This document shows positions 10,470 through 20,538 of a stretch of DNA of 64,000 nt, piece after piece. Each line of letters opens with the position of its first letter. Within the stretch, counting starts at the first letter, position 1. The position numbers and the translations under genes were made by a program. Location: assembly GCA_964202905.1 (NCBI GenBank), contig CAXNJO010000001.1:544001-608000 (forward strand), in the 5' to 3' direction. A model generated the notes under the pieces. The model made no database searches and was not told the origin of the DNA. It saw only the letters and a list, made by a program, of their open reading frames with translations. This DNA is from Polyangiales bacterium (GTDB taxonomy: Bacteria; Myxococcota_A; Polyangia; Polyangiales; JADJQN01).

Positions 10470-11150
10470 ATGAACGTCCACACGAGCCAGCAGTACGAGG
10501 CCGAGCTGCGCGCCCTGAAGGACCGCCTCCTCGCGATGGGCGGGCGGTGCGAGTCGCTGCTGCGGCAGGCGACGGCCGCGCTCGAGCGGCAGGATCCGGC
10601 GCTCGCCGAGGCGGTCGCGCGCACCGACCACGAGATCAACTCGGACGAGCTCGCCATCGACGACCTCGCGGTGCGCATCCTCGCGCTGCGGCAGCCCGTC
10701 GGCCGTGACCTGCGCTTCCTCATGACGGCGCTCAAGGTCGTGACGGACCTCGAGCGCATCGGCGACGAGGCCGTCAACATCGCCGAGCGGGCCGGGGAGC
10801 TCTCCCGCGAGGTGAAGCTGCCGCCGACCGCCTCGCGCCTCGGCGAGATGGCCGATGGCGCGGCCGCGATGCTGCACGACGCGCTCGACGCCTTCGTCGA
10901 GGAGGACGCCGAGCGCGCCGAGCGCGTGCTCGCCTCCGACGACGCCGTCGACGAGCTCTACGGCCAGACGATGCGCGCGACGTTCGCGTACATCACCGCG
11001 AACCCCGAGAAAGTGCGGCCCGCGATGGCCGTCGCCTCCTGCGCGAAGTACGTCGAGCGCATCGCCGACCACGCGACGAACATCGCGGAGATGGTCGTCT
11101 ACATGGTGCGTGGCGTCGACGTGCGGCACGCCCACAAGAAGCGGCCGTAG
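10470..11150 (+). CDS. phoU: Phosphate signalling complex protein PhoU
   Basis: ALRQPVGRDLR, DLERIGDEAVNIAE and ERIADHATNIAEMVVY. Confidence 0.96.
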   Translation: MNVHTSQQYEAELRALKDRLLAMGGRCESLLRQATAALERQDPALAEAVARTDHEINSDELAIDDLAVRILALRQPVGRDLRFLMTALKVVTDLERIGDEAVNIAERAGELSREVKLPPTASRLGEMADGAAAMLHDALDAFVEEDAERAERVLASDDAVDELYGQTMRATFAYITANPEKVRPAMAVASCAKYVERIADHATNIAEMVVYMVRGVDVRHAHKKRP

Positions 11151-11234
11151 CGGCCGGGTGGGGCGCGGCGCGCGGCCTTCTCGCCGCGGCAGCCTTGAAA
11201 TGGGCGGGGTTTCGCCCAAGAGTCGCGCCCAACC

Positions 11235-13853
11235 ATGAGACCCAGCCTCTGGCGCGCCGCGCTCGTCGCCGCGCTCTGCCTCGGCCCGGCGTTGAGCGTC
11301 GCGCCGGCACACGCGCAGTCCCCCGCCGCGCCCGCCGCGCCCGCGCTCTCGCCGCCCGCGCTCGTCGGCGCCGTCGATCCCGGCTACCCGGAGTCCGCGC
11401 GCGGCTCGGGCGAAGAGCCCGTCGTGACGCTCGAGCTCACGATCAGCGTCGCCGGCGAGGTGACCGACGCGCGCGTCGTCACGCCGGGCCGCGCCGACTT
11501 CGACGCGCTCGCCGTCCTCGCGATGCGCGCCGCGCGCTTCGAGCCCGCGCGCCGCAGCGGCACGCCGATCCCCGCGCGCATCCGCTTCCAGCTCGGCTTC
11601 CGCGTCCCCGAAGACCAGCGCCCACCCCCCGCGCCCGAGCCCGAGGACGCCGCGCCCGACGTGCCGCCCGCCCCGCCCCCGGCGCGGCTCGTCGGCCGCG
11701 TGCTCTCGCGCGACGGGGACACCGCCCTCGCCGGCGCGCGCGTGACGCTCCTGCGGGCGGGTGAGGCCCCGCGCGAGGCGATCACCGGCGCGGACGGCGC
11801 CTTCGCGTTCGACGCGCTCGCGCCCGGCACGGCGCGCCTGCGCGTCGAGGCGAGCGATTACACGTCGCGCGAGGACGACGAGCAGCTCGCCTCCGGTGAG
11901 GAGACGGACGTCGTCTACCGCCTCGAGGAGGCCGACGACATCGAGGCCTTCCGCGCGACGGCGCGCGTCGACCCGCCGCCCCGCGAGGTCACGCGCCGCA
12001 CCATCACCTCCGAGGAGCTCACGCGCATCCCCGGCACGCGCGGCGACGCGCTCCGCGCGATCGAGCTGCTCCCCGGCGTCGGACGGCCGCCCGGCCTCGC
12101 GGGCCTCGTCCTCATCCGCGGCGCCTCGCCCAACGATTCGCAGGTCTTCCTCGACGGCCAGCCGGTGCCGCTGCTCTATCACTTCGGCGGCCTCACCAGC
12201 TTCTACAACTCGCGGATGATCGACCGGATCGACTTCTATCCGGGCAACTTCTCCGTGCGCTACGGCCGCAAGGTGGGCGGCGTCATCGACGTGGGCGTGC
12301 GCGATGGCCGCGTCGATCAGGTGCACGGCGTCGCCGACGTGAACCTCGTCGACGCCTCGCTGCTGCTCGAGGTGCCGGTCGGCGAGCGCGCGAGCCTCTC
12401 GCTCGCCGCGCGCCGCAGCTACATCGACTTCTTCCTCACGGACGTGCTGCCCGAGGGCACGATCAGCCTCACCGCCGCGCCCGTCTACTACGACTACCAG
12501 AGCACGTTCAGCTGGCGGCCCACCGCGCGCGACCGCATCCGGCTGCAGGTCTACGGCTCCTCGGATCGCTTCGAGGCCGTGCTGCCCGGTCCCGCCGACG
12601 GCGACCCGGCCGTGCGCGGCAGCCTCGACCTCTCCACACAGTTCCATCGTTTCCAGGCTTCGTGGAAGCGCGCGCTCACGGACGACGTCGACCAGAACCT
12701 CGAGTTCGCGTTCGGTACGACGAACCTCCGCATCGCGCTCGGCGACGCCTTCCGCCTGCAGATCGACACGCTCCCGATCAACGGGCGCGCCGAGTGGACG
12801 ATGCGCCTCGCGCCCAGGGTGCGCCTCGTCGCGGGCATGGACGTGCAGTCGGGCCCGACCGACATCGCCTTCATCGGCCCCGCCCCCGCGCAGCAGGACG
12901 GCAACCCCAACGGTGCGCCGCTCTCCGCGCGTGAGCGGTTCGTGTTCTCTGGATCGGAGACGGTGTATCGCCCGGCGGCGTACGTGGAGGCGTCGCTGCG
13001 CCCCATCGATCCCCTGCAGATCGTGCTCGGGATGCGCCTCGACTGGTACCGCGACATCAAGTGGTGGTCCTTCGATCCGCGCCTCTCGGCCCGCTACACG
13101 TTCGACGAGCGCTGGGCGATCAAGGCGGGCATCGGCATGTTCTCGCAGCCGCCCGAGTTCCAGGAGAGCGCGGACCTCGTCGGCAACGCGAACCTGCTCC
13201 CCCAGCGCGCGCTGCACGTGAGCGCGGGCGTCGACCACAAGTTCGACCGCCAGTTCTCGCTCGGCGTCGAGGGCTTCTACAAGAACCTCGAGCGCGTCAT
13301 CGTCGCGAACGACGCGGGCCTGCGCTTCGACAACGGCGGCATCGGCCGCATCTACGGCCTCGAGGTCGCGGGCCGCGCGAACCCGGTCGGGCGCTTCTTC
13401 GGCTTCGTCTCGTACACGCTCATGCGCAGCGAGCGGCGCGACGGGCCCGGCGAGCCGTGGCGCCTCTACAACTTCGATCAGACGCACATCCTCACGCTCT
13501 CGGGCGTGTACCGGCTCGGGCGCGGCTGGGAGGCGGGCGCCACGTTCCGCCTCATCAGCGGCAACCCCACGACGCCGGTCGTCGGCTCGCTCTACGACGC
13601 GAACACCGACCTCTACATCCCCTTGAGCGGCGCGACCAACAGCGCGCGCAACCCGTTCTTCCACCGGCTCGACGTCCGCATCGAGAAGATCTGGCGCTTT
13701 CAGTCGTGGAAGCTCGCGCTCTATCTCGACGTGCAGAACGTCTACAACCGCCAGAACCCCGAAGGCATCCAGTACAACTACGACTATCGCCAGAGCGCGG
13801 TGATCAGCGGACTCCCGATCATCCCGAGCCTCGGCGTGCGAGGTGAGCTGTGA
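11235..13853 (+). CDS. TonB-dependent outer-membrane receptor with N-terminal TonB_C and carboxypeptidase-regulatory-like domains
   Basis: Signal peptide; YPESARGSGEE...ARFEPARR (TonB_C); plug motifs (LPGV, IRG, YHFGG, IDFYPGNF..RYG..VGGVID); beta-barrel ending LDVQNVYN...PSLGVRGEL. Confidence 0.9.
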   Translation: MRPSLWRAALVAALCLGPALSVAPAHAQSPAAPAAPALSPPALVGAVDPGYPESARGSGEEPVVTLELTISVAGEVTDARVVTPGRADFDALAVLAMRAARFEPARRSGTPIPARIRFQLGFRVPEDQRPPPAPEPEDAAPDVPPAPPPARLVGRVLSRDGDTALAGARVTLLRAGEAPREAITGADGAFAFDALAPGTARLRVEASDYTSREDDEQLASGEETDVVYRLEEADDIEAFRATARVDPPPREVTRRTITSEELTRIPGTRGDALRAIELLPGVGRPPGLAGLVLIRGASPNDSQVFLDGQPVPLLYHFGGLTSFYNSRMIDRIDFYPGNFSVRYGRKVGGVIDVGVRDGRVDQVHGVADVNLVDASLLLEVPVGERASLSLAARRSYIDFFLTDVLPEGTISLTAAPVYYDYQSTFSWRPTARDRIRLQVYGSSDRFEAVLPGPADGDPAVRGSLDLSTQFHRFQASWKRALTDDVDQNLEFAFGTTNLRIALGDAFRLQIDTLPINGRAEWTMRLAPRVRLVAGMDVQSGPTDIAFIGPAPAQQDGNPNGAPLSARERFVFSGSETVYRPAAYVEASLRPIDPLQIVLGMRLDWYRDIKWWSFDPRLSARYTFDERWAIKAGIGMFSQPPEFQESADLVGNANLLPQRALHVSAGVDHKFDRQFSLGVEGFYKNLERVIVANDAGLRFDNGGIGRIYGLEVAGRANPVGRFFGFVSYTLMRSERRDGPGEPWRLYNFDQTHILTLSGVYRLGRGWEAGATFRLISGNPTTPVVGSLYDANTDLYIPLSGATNSARNPFFHRLDVRIEKIWRFQSWKLALYLDVQNVYNRQNPEGIQYNYDYRQSAVISGLPIIPSLGVRGEL

Positions 13854-14755
13854 TTCGTCGTCGCGCATGGGCGCACACCTTCGCTGCGACCGCGCTCGCG
13901 CTCAGCGCGGGCGGTTGCATGAGCGACCTCGACAAGGGGTCTTCGATCCTCGACACGCGCGTCGTCGGCGTGCGCGTCGAGGTCGTGGGCAACGAGGCCG
14001 TCGCGGCGCCGTCGCCGGGTGACGTGGCGCGTCTCACGGTGCTCCTCGCCGAGCCGCCCGGCGCCGACCAGGACCCGCTCGGCTGGGGCGTCGGGCTCGG
14101 CCCGCTCGTGCGCGAGGGCATGGGGCGGCCGATCGTGCTCGAGGTCCCGGTGCCGGACGCCGCGCTGCTCGGCGGCGCGCGTTCGTTCCCGCTCGTCGGT
14201 CAGATCTGTTCGAACGGCACGCCGCGCTTCTCGATGGGCGACGCGGCGCCGACGTGCAGCGAGGGCTCGACCCGCGCGACGAGCTTCCTCGCGACGATCT
14301 CGCTCGCCCGCGAAGGCATGGCGCCGAACCGCCATCCGGCGCTCGCGGAGGACTTCGCGACGCTCGCCGAGGAGCGCTGGGACGCGCCCGTCGAGGCGCT
14401 CCCCGCGACGGGCTGCGCGGCGCTCGCGGGCACGCCCGCGCTGCCGCTCGTGACCGCGTCCGAGACCGCGCAGCGTCTGCTCCTGCGTGTCGCGGATGCC
14501 GAGCGCGAAGACGTCGCGCGCACCGATGGCAGCGCCGCGAAGGAGACCGTCACGCTCTCGCAGTTCACGTCGGCGGGCAGCCTCAAACGGCAGTTCTCCG
14601 TGTTCGAGGGCGACGCCGCGCCGGACGCGGAGGTCGAGTGGACCCCCGATCTCCCCGCGGATCCCGAGGGGACGCTCGTGCGCTTCTGGTTCGTCGCGCG
14701 CGACGGGCGTGGCGGGACGGCGTTCACGACGCGCGCGGTGTGCGTCGTCCCGTGA
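13850..14755 (+). CDS. Lipoprotein associated with the TonB-dependent receptor
   Basis: GTGA overlap with the receptor stop; lipobox SAGGC; C-terminal FVARDGRGG motif. Confidence 0.75.
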   Translation: MIRRRAWAHTFAATALALSAGGCMSDLDKGSSILDTRVVGVRVEVVGNEAVAAPSPGDVARLTVLLAEPPGADQDPLGWGVGLGPLVREGMGRPIVLEVPVPDAALLGGARSFPLVGQICSNGTPRFSMGDAAPTCSEGSTRATSFLATISLAREGMAPNRHPALAEDFATLAEERWDAPVEALPATGCAALAGTPALPLVTASETAQRLLLRVADAEREDVARTDGSAAKETVTLSQFTSAGSLKRQFSVFEGDAAPDAEVEWTPDLPADPEGTLVRFWFVARDGRGGTAFTTRAVCVVP

Positions 14756-14852
14756 GGCGCGCGGCCCGCACGCGCCTCGACGCGCGCGGTGTGCGTCCGC
14801 GGCCCGCGAGCGACTGGCCGCGCGCGGGCGACTCGTGGCACAAAGGGCGGCC

Positions 14853-15302
14853 GTGAACGCCCTCCGACGCACCCCCCGCCCGTCCCTGCGCGCTGCGCTG
14901 CTCGTCACGCTCTCGCTGCTCCTGCAGGCGTGCGGGGCCAGCGGCCCGGCCGCCGCGCCCGAGGCCCCCGCCGCGGCCCCCGGCGTCGCGCCCGTGCGCA
15001 CCGAGGAAGACCCGATCGCGGGATCGGGCCGGCGCTGCCGCAGCGCGCGCGCGCTCGAGTGCGACTCCGGTGAGTACTGCGACTTCCCGGTCGGCGCGGC
15101 GTGCGGCGCGCGCGGCCGCGCCGGCGTGTGTCGCCCGCGCCCCGAGCTCTGCACGCGCGAGTACATGCCCGTGTGCGGCTGCGATGGGCGCACCTGGCCG
15201 ACGCGCTGCGTGGCGGCGTCGCAGGGTGTCGACGCGGCGTCGGACGGCGCGTGTCCCGGCGACGTCGGCGAGGCCGCGCCGACCCCGCCCGCCGAGAGCT
15301 GA
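14853..15302 (+). CDS. Kazal-type protease inhibitor domain lipoprotein
   Basis: GTG start; lipobox LQAC; CTREYMPVCGCDGRTW...C...C Kazal pattern. Confidence 0.8.
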   Translation: MNALRRTPRPSLRAALLVTLSLLLQACGASGPAAAPEAPAAAPGVAPVRTEEDPIAGSGRRCRSARALECDSGEYCDFPVGAACGARGRAGVCRPRPELCTREYMPVCGCDGRTWPTRCVAASQGVDAASDGACPGDVGEAAPTPPAES

Positions 15303-15396
15303 ACGTACCCCTCGCGGGACGTGTCGCGTGCGCTCGCGCGGGGCCGTGGGCGTCGTTGACCCCCCCGACCCCGCTGTTAGACTCGCGGCGGCCTTC

Positions 15397-16743
15397 ATGC
15401 AGGAACAGATCGGCAACTGCCGCGTCCTCGGCGAGATCGGCTCGGGCGGCATGGCCGTCGTGTACAAGGCCATCCAGGAGCCGCTCGGCCGCCCGGTCGC
15501 GCTGAAGGCCCTCAAGCCGTCGATCGCGGTCGACTCGCAGTTCGCCCGGCGCTTCGAGCGCGAGGCGCACTTCATGGCCGCGCTCCAACACGAGAACATC
15601 CTGCACGTCCACGACTTCGTGAAGGACGGCGGCTCGATGTACATCGTCATGGAGTTCGTCGAGGGCATCGACCTCTACGACCTCCTCGACAAGACGCCGC
15701 GCCTGCCCGTCGAGGTCGCGGCGATCATCGCCCTGCAGATCGCGCGCGCCCTCGATTACGCGCATTTCCGCGGGATCATCCACCGCGACATCAAGCCCGC
15801 GAACATCATGATTTCGCGGCAGGGCGCCGTGAAGCTGATGGACTTCGGCATCGCGCGCGACGAGACGCTCACCGACCTCACCGAGACGGGCACGGGCCTC
15901 GGCACGCCGAGCTACATGAGCCCCGAGCAGATCCTCGGCGACAAGCTCGACTTCCGCAGCGACCTCTTCTCGCTCGGCATCGTCCTCTACCAGATGGTCA
16001 CGGGCCGCAAGCCGTTCATCGAGGACGAGGCGCGCACCGTGATGCAGAAGATCCGCCTCGATCGCTACACGCCCGCGCGCAAGATCAACGCCGCGGTGCC
16101 GCGCACGCTCGAGCGCATCCTCGCGCGCTGCATGGAGAAGATGCCGGCGAACCGGTATCCCTCGACGCAGGCGCTCATCGACGATCTGATGGAGTTCCTC
16201 GCCGCGCGGGTGCCCATCAACTACAGCGCGCGCCTCGTCATGTACCTCCGCGACACGGGCGTGGTCGCCGTCGCCGAGGCCGAGGAGATCCTCGCGGCGG
16301 GCGCGTCGCGCGCGGTGCGCACCACGGGCGGTGATCGGCGCCTGCTGCGCTCGGTGGGGTCGGTGCAGGCGGCGCTCTTCCTCGGGATCGTCGCGGCCGG
16401 CACCGCGCTGCAGGTCGGCGCAGGCAGGCTCGAGGGCGCGCGCGGCGACGCGGTGGCGGCCGCGGGCGCGCCGGTCGAGCCGCGGCTCGCGGGGCACGTG
16501 CGCTTCGTCGTCGACCCGTGGGCCGATGTCTTCATCGACGGGCAGCACGTGCTCACGACGCCGTCCGCGCGGGCCGTCCCGCTCGCGCCCGGCCGCCACT
16601 ACCTCAAGCTCAAGAACACATTCTTCGCGGAGGTCGACCGCGAGCTGCGCGTCGTGACCGGCCAGACCGAGATCGTCGACGTCACGCTCGAGCCGCTCGC
16701 AGGCACCCCGCAGCGGCCCGCCGCGCCGGGGGCCGCGCCGTGA
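15397..16743 (+). CDS. Ser/Thr protein kinase with TM segment and PEGA domain
   Basis: GSGGMAVVY, HRDIKPAN, DFGIAR and GTPSYMSPEQ; TM segment; PWADVFIDG...LAPGRHYL (PEGA). Confidence 0.92.
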   Translation: MQEQIGNCRVLGEIGSGGMAVVYKAIQEPLGRPVALKALKPSIAVDSQFARRFEREAHFMAALQHENILHVHDFVKDGGSMYIVMEFVEGIDLYDLLDKTPRLPVEVAAIIALQIARALDYAHFRGIIHRDIKPANIMISRQGAVKLMDFGIARDETLTDLTETGTGLGTPSYMSPEQILGDKLDFRSDLFSLGIVLYQMVTGRKPFIEDEARTVMQKIRLDRYTPARKINAAVPRTLERILARCMEKMPANRYPSTQALIDDLMEFLAARVPINYSARLVMYLRDTGVVAVAEAEEILAAGASRAVRTTGGDRRLLRSVGSVQAALFLGIVAAGTALQVGAGRLEGARGDAVAAAGAPVEPRLAGHVRFVVDPWADVFIDGQHVLTTPSARAVPLAPGRHYLKLKNTFFAEVDRELRVVTGQTEIVDVTLEPLAGTPQRPAAPGAAP

Positions 16744-17762
16744 GCGCCGGGCGTCCGCTCCGCCAGCTCGGGCTCGCGTTGACCCTCGCCTGCGCCGTGC
16801 TCGCCGGGAACGCGGCGCCCGCGCGCGCGGACGGCAAGGTCTTCGTGCACGTCGTGCGCCCGGGCGAGACGCTCGCCTCGATCGCGCAGCGTTATTACGG
16901 CGATCCGCGCCGCGAGAACGTGCTCGTGATGGAGAACGGCCTCAACGCGCAGGGCGGGGCGGCGATCGTCGTCGGCGTGCGCCTCGACATCCCCGTGGTC
17001 ACCTACCACCGCGTGGCCGAGGGCGAATCGTGGACGCAGCTCGCGGAGCGCTTCTACGGCGAGTCGCGCCGCACTGCTGCGCTGATCGAGGCGAACGGCG
17101 GCGTCGCGGCCGCGCCCGACGTGGGCGCCGAGGTGTTGGTGCCCTATCCGCTGCGCCACGTCGCGGGGCAGCACGAGACGCTCGGCGAGGTCGCGCAGCT
17201 CTACTACGGGCGCAGCGCGGCGGCCGCGTCGCTGCGGCGCTTCAACAACATCCGCGGCAACCGCCTCACGCGCGGGCAGATCATCCTCGTGCCGCTCGCG
17301 GATCTCGTGCTCTCCGACGAAGGGCGCGCGATCGTCGCGGCCGTGGACGAAGTCCCCCGCGCGCCGCAGGCGGGCGGCGGCGCGGTGCGTGCGCTGCAGG
17401 CGCGCGTCGACGGCGAGCTGGCCGCGCTCCGCGAGCACGTGCAGCGCGGGCGCTTCACGGAGGCGGTGGCGGTCGGCAACCGCCTCCTCGGCGCCGGCGA
17501 ATTGACGGGCAATCAACTCGTCACGATCCAGCGCGAGCTCGGCACCGCCTACGTCGCGCTCGAGCGCGTCGACCTCGCGGTGCTCGCCTTCCGTGAGGTG
17601 CTCGCGCGCCAACCCGACATCGCGCTCGACTCGATCCGCACCTCGCCGCGCGTGCTCGCCGCGCTCGACGAGGCCCGCCGCGCAGAGTCCGCCGCGCAGG
17701 CCTCCCCGCCTGCGGCGGATGCAGAAGAGCTCGACGTGGCCTCCGACGCCGGCGTCCGCTGA
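16740..17762 (+). CDS. Exported protein with three LysM-like repeats and a C-terminal TPR-like region
   Basis: GTGA overlap with the kinase; signal peptide; HVVRPGETLASIAQRYYG, HRVAEGESWTQLAERFYG and HETLGEVAQLYYG. Confidence 0.85.
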   Translation: MSAGRPLRQLGLALTLACAVLAGNAAPARADGKVFVHVVRPGETLASIAQRYYGDPRRENVLVMENGLNAQGGAAIVVGVRLDIPVVTYHRVAEGESWTQLAERFYGESRRTAALIEANGGVAAAPDVGAEVLVPYPLRHVAGQHETLGEVAQLYYGRSAAAASLRRFNNIRGNRLTRGQIILVPLADLVLSDEGRAIVAAVDEVPRAPQAGGGAVRALQARVDGELAALREHVQRGRFTEAVAVGNRLLGAGELTGNQLVTIQRELGTAYVALERVDLAVLAFREVLARQPDIALDSIRTSPRVLAALDEARRAESAAQASPPAADAEELDVASDAGVR

Positions 17763-17777
17763 GCGCGCGATTCGGCT

Positions 17778-18752
17778 TCAGCGCTTGCGGGCCTTCGCCG
17801 GGCGTTCCGGGCTCGCCTCGTGAGCAGCGGCCGGCGCGGCGGGCCGTGCCAGCGTCGGCACGGGCGGAAAGCCGAGCTCCTGCGCGCGGCGGTACAGCGT
17901 GAAATACGCGAAGCCGGCGATCGGGATGAGCGCGAGCGAGATGAGCTGCGACGTCGAGAAGCCGCCGAGCGCGCCGCGCTCCGGGTCGTCGCGGACGTGC
18001 TCGATGAGGAAGCGCCACACGCCGTACCCCATCACGAGCACGAGCAGCGGCTGTCCGCGGAAGCTGCGCCGACGCCACACGAGCAGGGTCACCACGAAGA
18101 GCGCGAGCCCCGCGAGCGACTCGTAGAGCTGCGTCGGGTGCACCGGGAAGGACGAGGTCGCGTCGGCCGCGAGGTCGTACGCGACCACGTGGTGGTTGAA
18201 CGCCGGCGAGCCCGTCGGCGGCGCCGCGCACGCGAAGCCCGCCGCGTCCGTCGTCGCCCAGTGCGGGAAGGTGCCCAGCCCGCGCAGCCACGCGGGCGCC
18301 TCGGGCGTGAGCCGCGCGCCGAAGTCGCAGCCGTAGAGGTAACAGCCGATGCGCGTGAACAGCAGGCCCGACGCGAGGGTGGGCGCGACCACGTCCGCCC
18401 ACGGGAGCAGGGGCAGCTTCTTCAGGCGCAGGTACGCCCACGCACCGACGAAGCCGCCGAGGAAGCCGCCGTACGCGACGAGCCCGCCCGCGCGCATGTC
18501 GAACCACTGCCGCGGCGAGTGGAAGTCGTCGAAGTTGGTGAGGACGTAGAGCCCGCGCGCCCCGGCGATCGCGGTGACGGCCGTCACGAGGAAGGTGTTG
18601 GCCATCGCGTCTTGCGAGAGCCCCTCACGCGTCGCGCCGAGCCACATGACGAAGTACCAGGCGACGATCAGCGAGGTGCCGAGCATCACGCCGTAGGAGA
18701 AGATCGGCAGCTCGCCCCACGGCGTCGGAATCGTGAACAGAATCGGGTGCAT
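17778..18752 (-). CDS. lgt: Prolipoprotein diacylglyceryl transferase
   Basis: MHPILF, YGVML, GGLVAYGG, RIGCYLYGCDFG, HPTQLYES and RFLIEHVRDD. Confidence 0.95.
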   Translation of the reverse strand: MHPILFTIPTPWGELPIFSYGVMLGTSLIVAWYFVMWLGATREGLSQDAMANTFLVTAVTAIAGARGLYVLTNFDDFHSPRQWFDMRAGGLVAYGGFLGGFVGAWAYLRLKKLPLLPWADVVAPTLASGLLFTRIGCYLYGCDFGARLTPEAPAWLRGLGTFPHWATTDAAGFACAAPPTGSPAFNHHVVAYDLAADATSSFPVHPTQLYESLAGLALFVVTLLVWRRRSFRGQPLLVLVMGYGVWRFLIEHVRDDPERGALGGFSTSQLISLALIPIAGFAYFTLYRRAQELGFPPVPTLARPAAPAAAHEASPERPAKARKR

Positions 18753-18814
18753 ACGGCTCCTCGAGGGCGTCGCTTCGGCGCGCGTGGGGCGCGTCCCGGC
18801 GGGCCCCGCTCGGC

Positions 18815-19594
18815 TCAGTCCCGCGCGTCGTCGTCGCGGATCGCGTCGTCGCCGACCGCGTCGCCGATCGCGTCATCCGGGTCGTCGCTGTCGTCGTCGA
18901 TCGCGTCGTCCGCGTCGTCGTCGTTTGCGCCGTCGTCGTCTGCGTTCGCGTTCGCGTCGTCGCCCTCGCCTGCGCCGCGTGCGGCGAGCAGGAAGCGGCC
19001 CCACGCCTCCTGCACGGGCGGTGCGGCCGGGGGGTCGAGGTCGCACTGCAGGCAGGCGTGCGCGAGCTCGCCGGCGGCGATGATCGCGTCGTCCCAGAGC
19101 GGCGCGAGCGCGTCGAGCGCGTCGTCGGGCTTCTTGCGCCAGGCGTCGAACACGGCGAGCGCGTCCTCGGGCCACAGCCCGCGCCGCACGAGGTCGTACA
19201 CGGCGAAGGGGAGCTGCGCGCCGAGCGCCGGCTCGCCGCGGGCGGGGCGGTCCATCACGGACTGCGCGGCGTCCTCGACGAGCATCCGGTGCCCCTCGTG
19301 CGCGGGCTCGAAGACCGCGTGCAGGAACTGCGCGGTGAGGAAGATCTCCCAGCCGAAGGGGAGCTGGTCCTCCTCGACGAGCACCTCCTCGAAGCGCGCG
19401 CGCACGCGGTCGGTGTCGATCGCGAACGCGGCGGCGTGCACGTACGGCACGCCGTGCTGCGCGGCGAGCTCACGGTCCATGATCGTGGGCGCGCCGAGCT
19501 TCTCGCTGCGGGGCGCCGCCATCGGCAGCGAGGCGCGCGCGCCCTTCGCCGGCCTGTCGGGGGGCGCGGGAGGCGCCGGGTCGTGCTCGCTCAC
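18815..19594 (-). CDS. Hypothetical protein with acidic C-terminal tail
   Basis: Protein-like composition from GTG 19594 (VPYVHAAAFAID, LPFGWEIFLT) with typical codon bias; Asp-rich tail. Confidence 0.7.
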   Translation of the reverse strand: MSEHDPAPPAPPDRPAKGARASLPMAAPRSEKLGAPTIMDRELAAQHGVPYVHAAAFAIDTDRVRARFEEVLVEEDQLPFGWEIFLTAQFLHAVFEPAHEGHRMLVEDAAQSVMDRPARGEPALGAQLPFAVYDLVRRGLWPEDALAVFDAWRKKPDDALDALAPLWDDAIIAAGELAHACLQCDLDPPAAPPVQEAWGRFLLAARGAGEGDDANANADDDGANDDDADDAIDDDSDDPDDAIGDAVGDDAIRDDDARD

Positions 19595-19693
19595 GCGGCC
19601 GAGCATGCGGCGCCACCGCGCGGCCGTCGAGGGCGTCCCTGCCGGTCGTCGGCGCATGCCCCGGCGCGCTGGCGGCCCGAACGTCGCGCGCGC

Positions 19694-20461
19694 ATGCTCG
19701 CCGACGTGCTGCCCGACGACGACGCCGCGCGCTGCGCGTGCACGACCGGCGTCGCGTGGACCGCGTCCGAGGCCGTGTCGTCCCTGCCGCGCGCGGTGCC
19801 AGCGCCCACGCGCCGCGGCGCGCTGCGCTTGCTGGGGGCGGGCGCGCTCGCGGGGCTCGCTGCCGGTGGCGCCGTCGGTGTGCTCTTCGACGCGGCGGGC
19901 GCCGAGGCGCAGGACGGGGCGACCCGCGCCGCGCTCACGGCCCGCCTCGCGGACGGGCGGCTGGCCCTCACCCCGGCCCGCGTGCGCGGTGCGCCGGCGG
20001 GGCGCGTCGTCGGCGTGATCGATGCCGACTTCCGCCACGCGCTCGCGGCGCTGCTCGACTTCGCGGCCTATCCCGTGACGTTCGCGCCGTGGCTGCCGCG
20101 CGTCCGCGTGCTCTCCCGCGCGCGGGGCCACGCGCGGCTCTACGGGGAGGTCGCGCTCTCGCGTGCGGCGGCGCCGTGCTGGGTGGAGCTCGAGGCGCGC
20201 GTCGAGGGGGAGGCGGATGGCACGCACCGCGTCGTGCTCTCGCGCACCCGCGGTGAGCTGCCCGGCTTCGAGGCGCGCTGGCAGCTCGTCGCGACGCCGG
20301 GCCGCGTGCGCACGCTGGCGTCGTTGACGCTCTCGGTCGCGCCGCCGCTCCCGCTCACCGAATCCGCGCTCGCCCGCGTGAACCTCGACGCCGCGCGTTC
20401 GGCCTTCGCCTCGCTGCGCCGCGCCGCGCCCCGCGCCTCGCGGACGCCGCCGCACCGTTGA
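19694..20461 (+). CDS. SRPBCC/START-like protein, possibly Tat-exported
   Basis: TRRGALRLLG...AEA signal-like region; LLDFAAYPVTFAPWL and GELPGFEARWQL resemble the polyketide-cyclase/SRPBCC fold. Start uncertain (19694, 19775 or 19796). Confidence 0.55.
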   Translation: MLADVLPDDDAARCACTTGVAWTASEAVSSLPRAVPAPTRRGALRLLGAGALAGLAAGGAVGVLFDAAGAEAQDGATRAALTARLADGRLALTPARVRGAPAGRVVGVIDADFRHALAALLDFAAYPVTFAPWLPRVRVLSRARGHARLYGEVALSRAAAPCWVELEARVEGEADGTHRVVLSRTRGELPGFEARWQLVATPGRVRTLASLTLSVAPPLPLTESALARVNLDAARSAFASLRRAAPRASRTPPHR

Positions 20462-20538
20462 GGTCGCGCCCGCCGCCGAGGTCGCGTGGCACCGGGGCGC
20501 GTCGTGGCGCGCCCAGCCTCGTCGCGTAGAGTGCGCCC

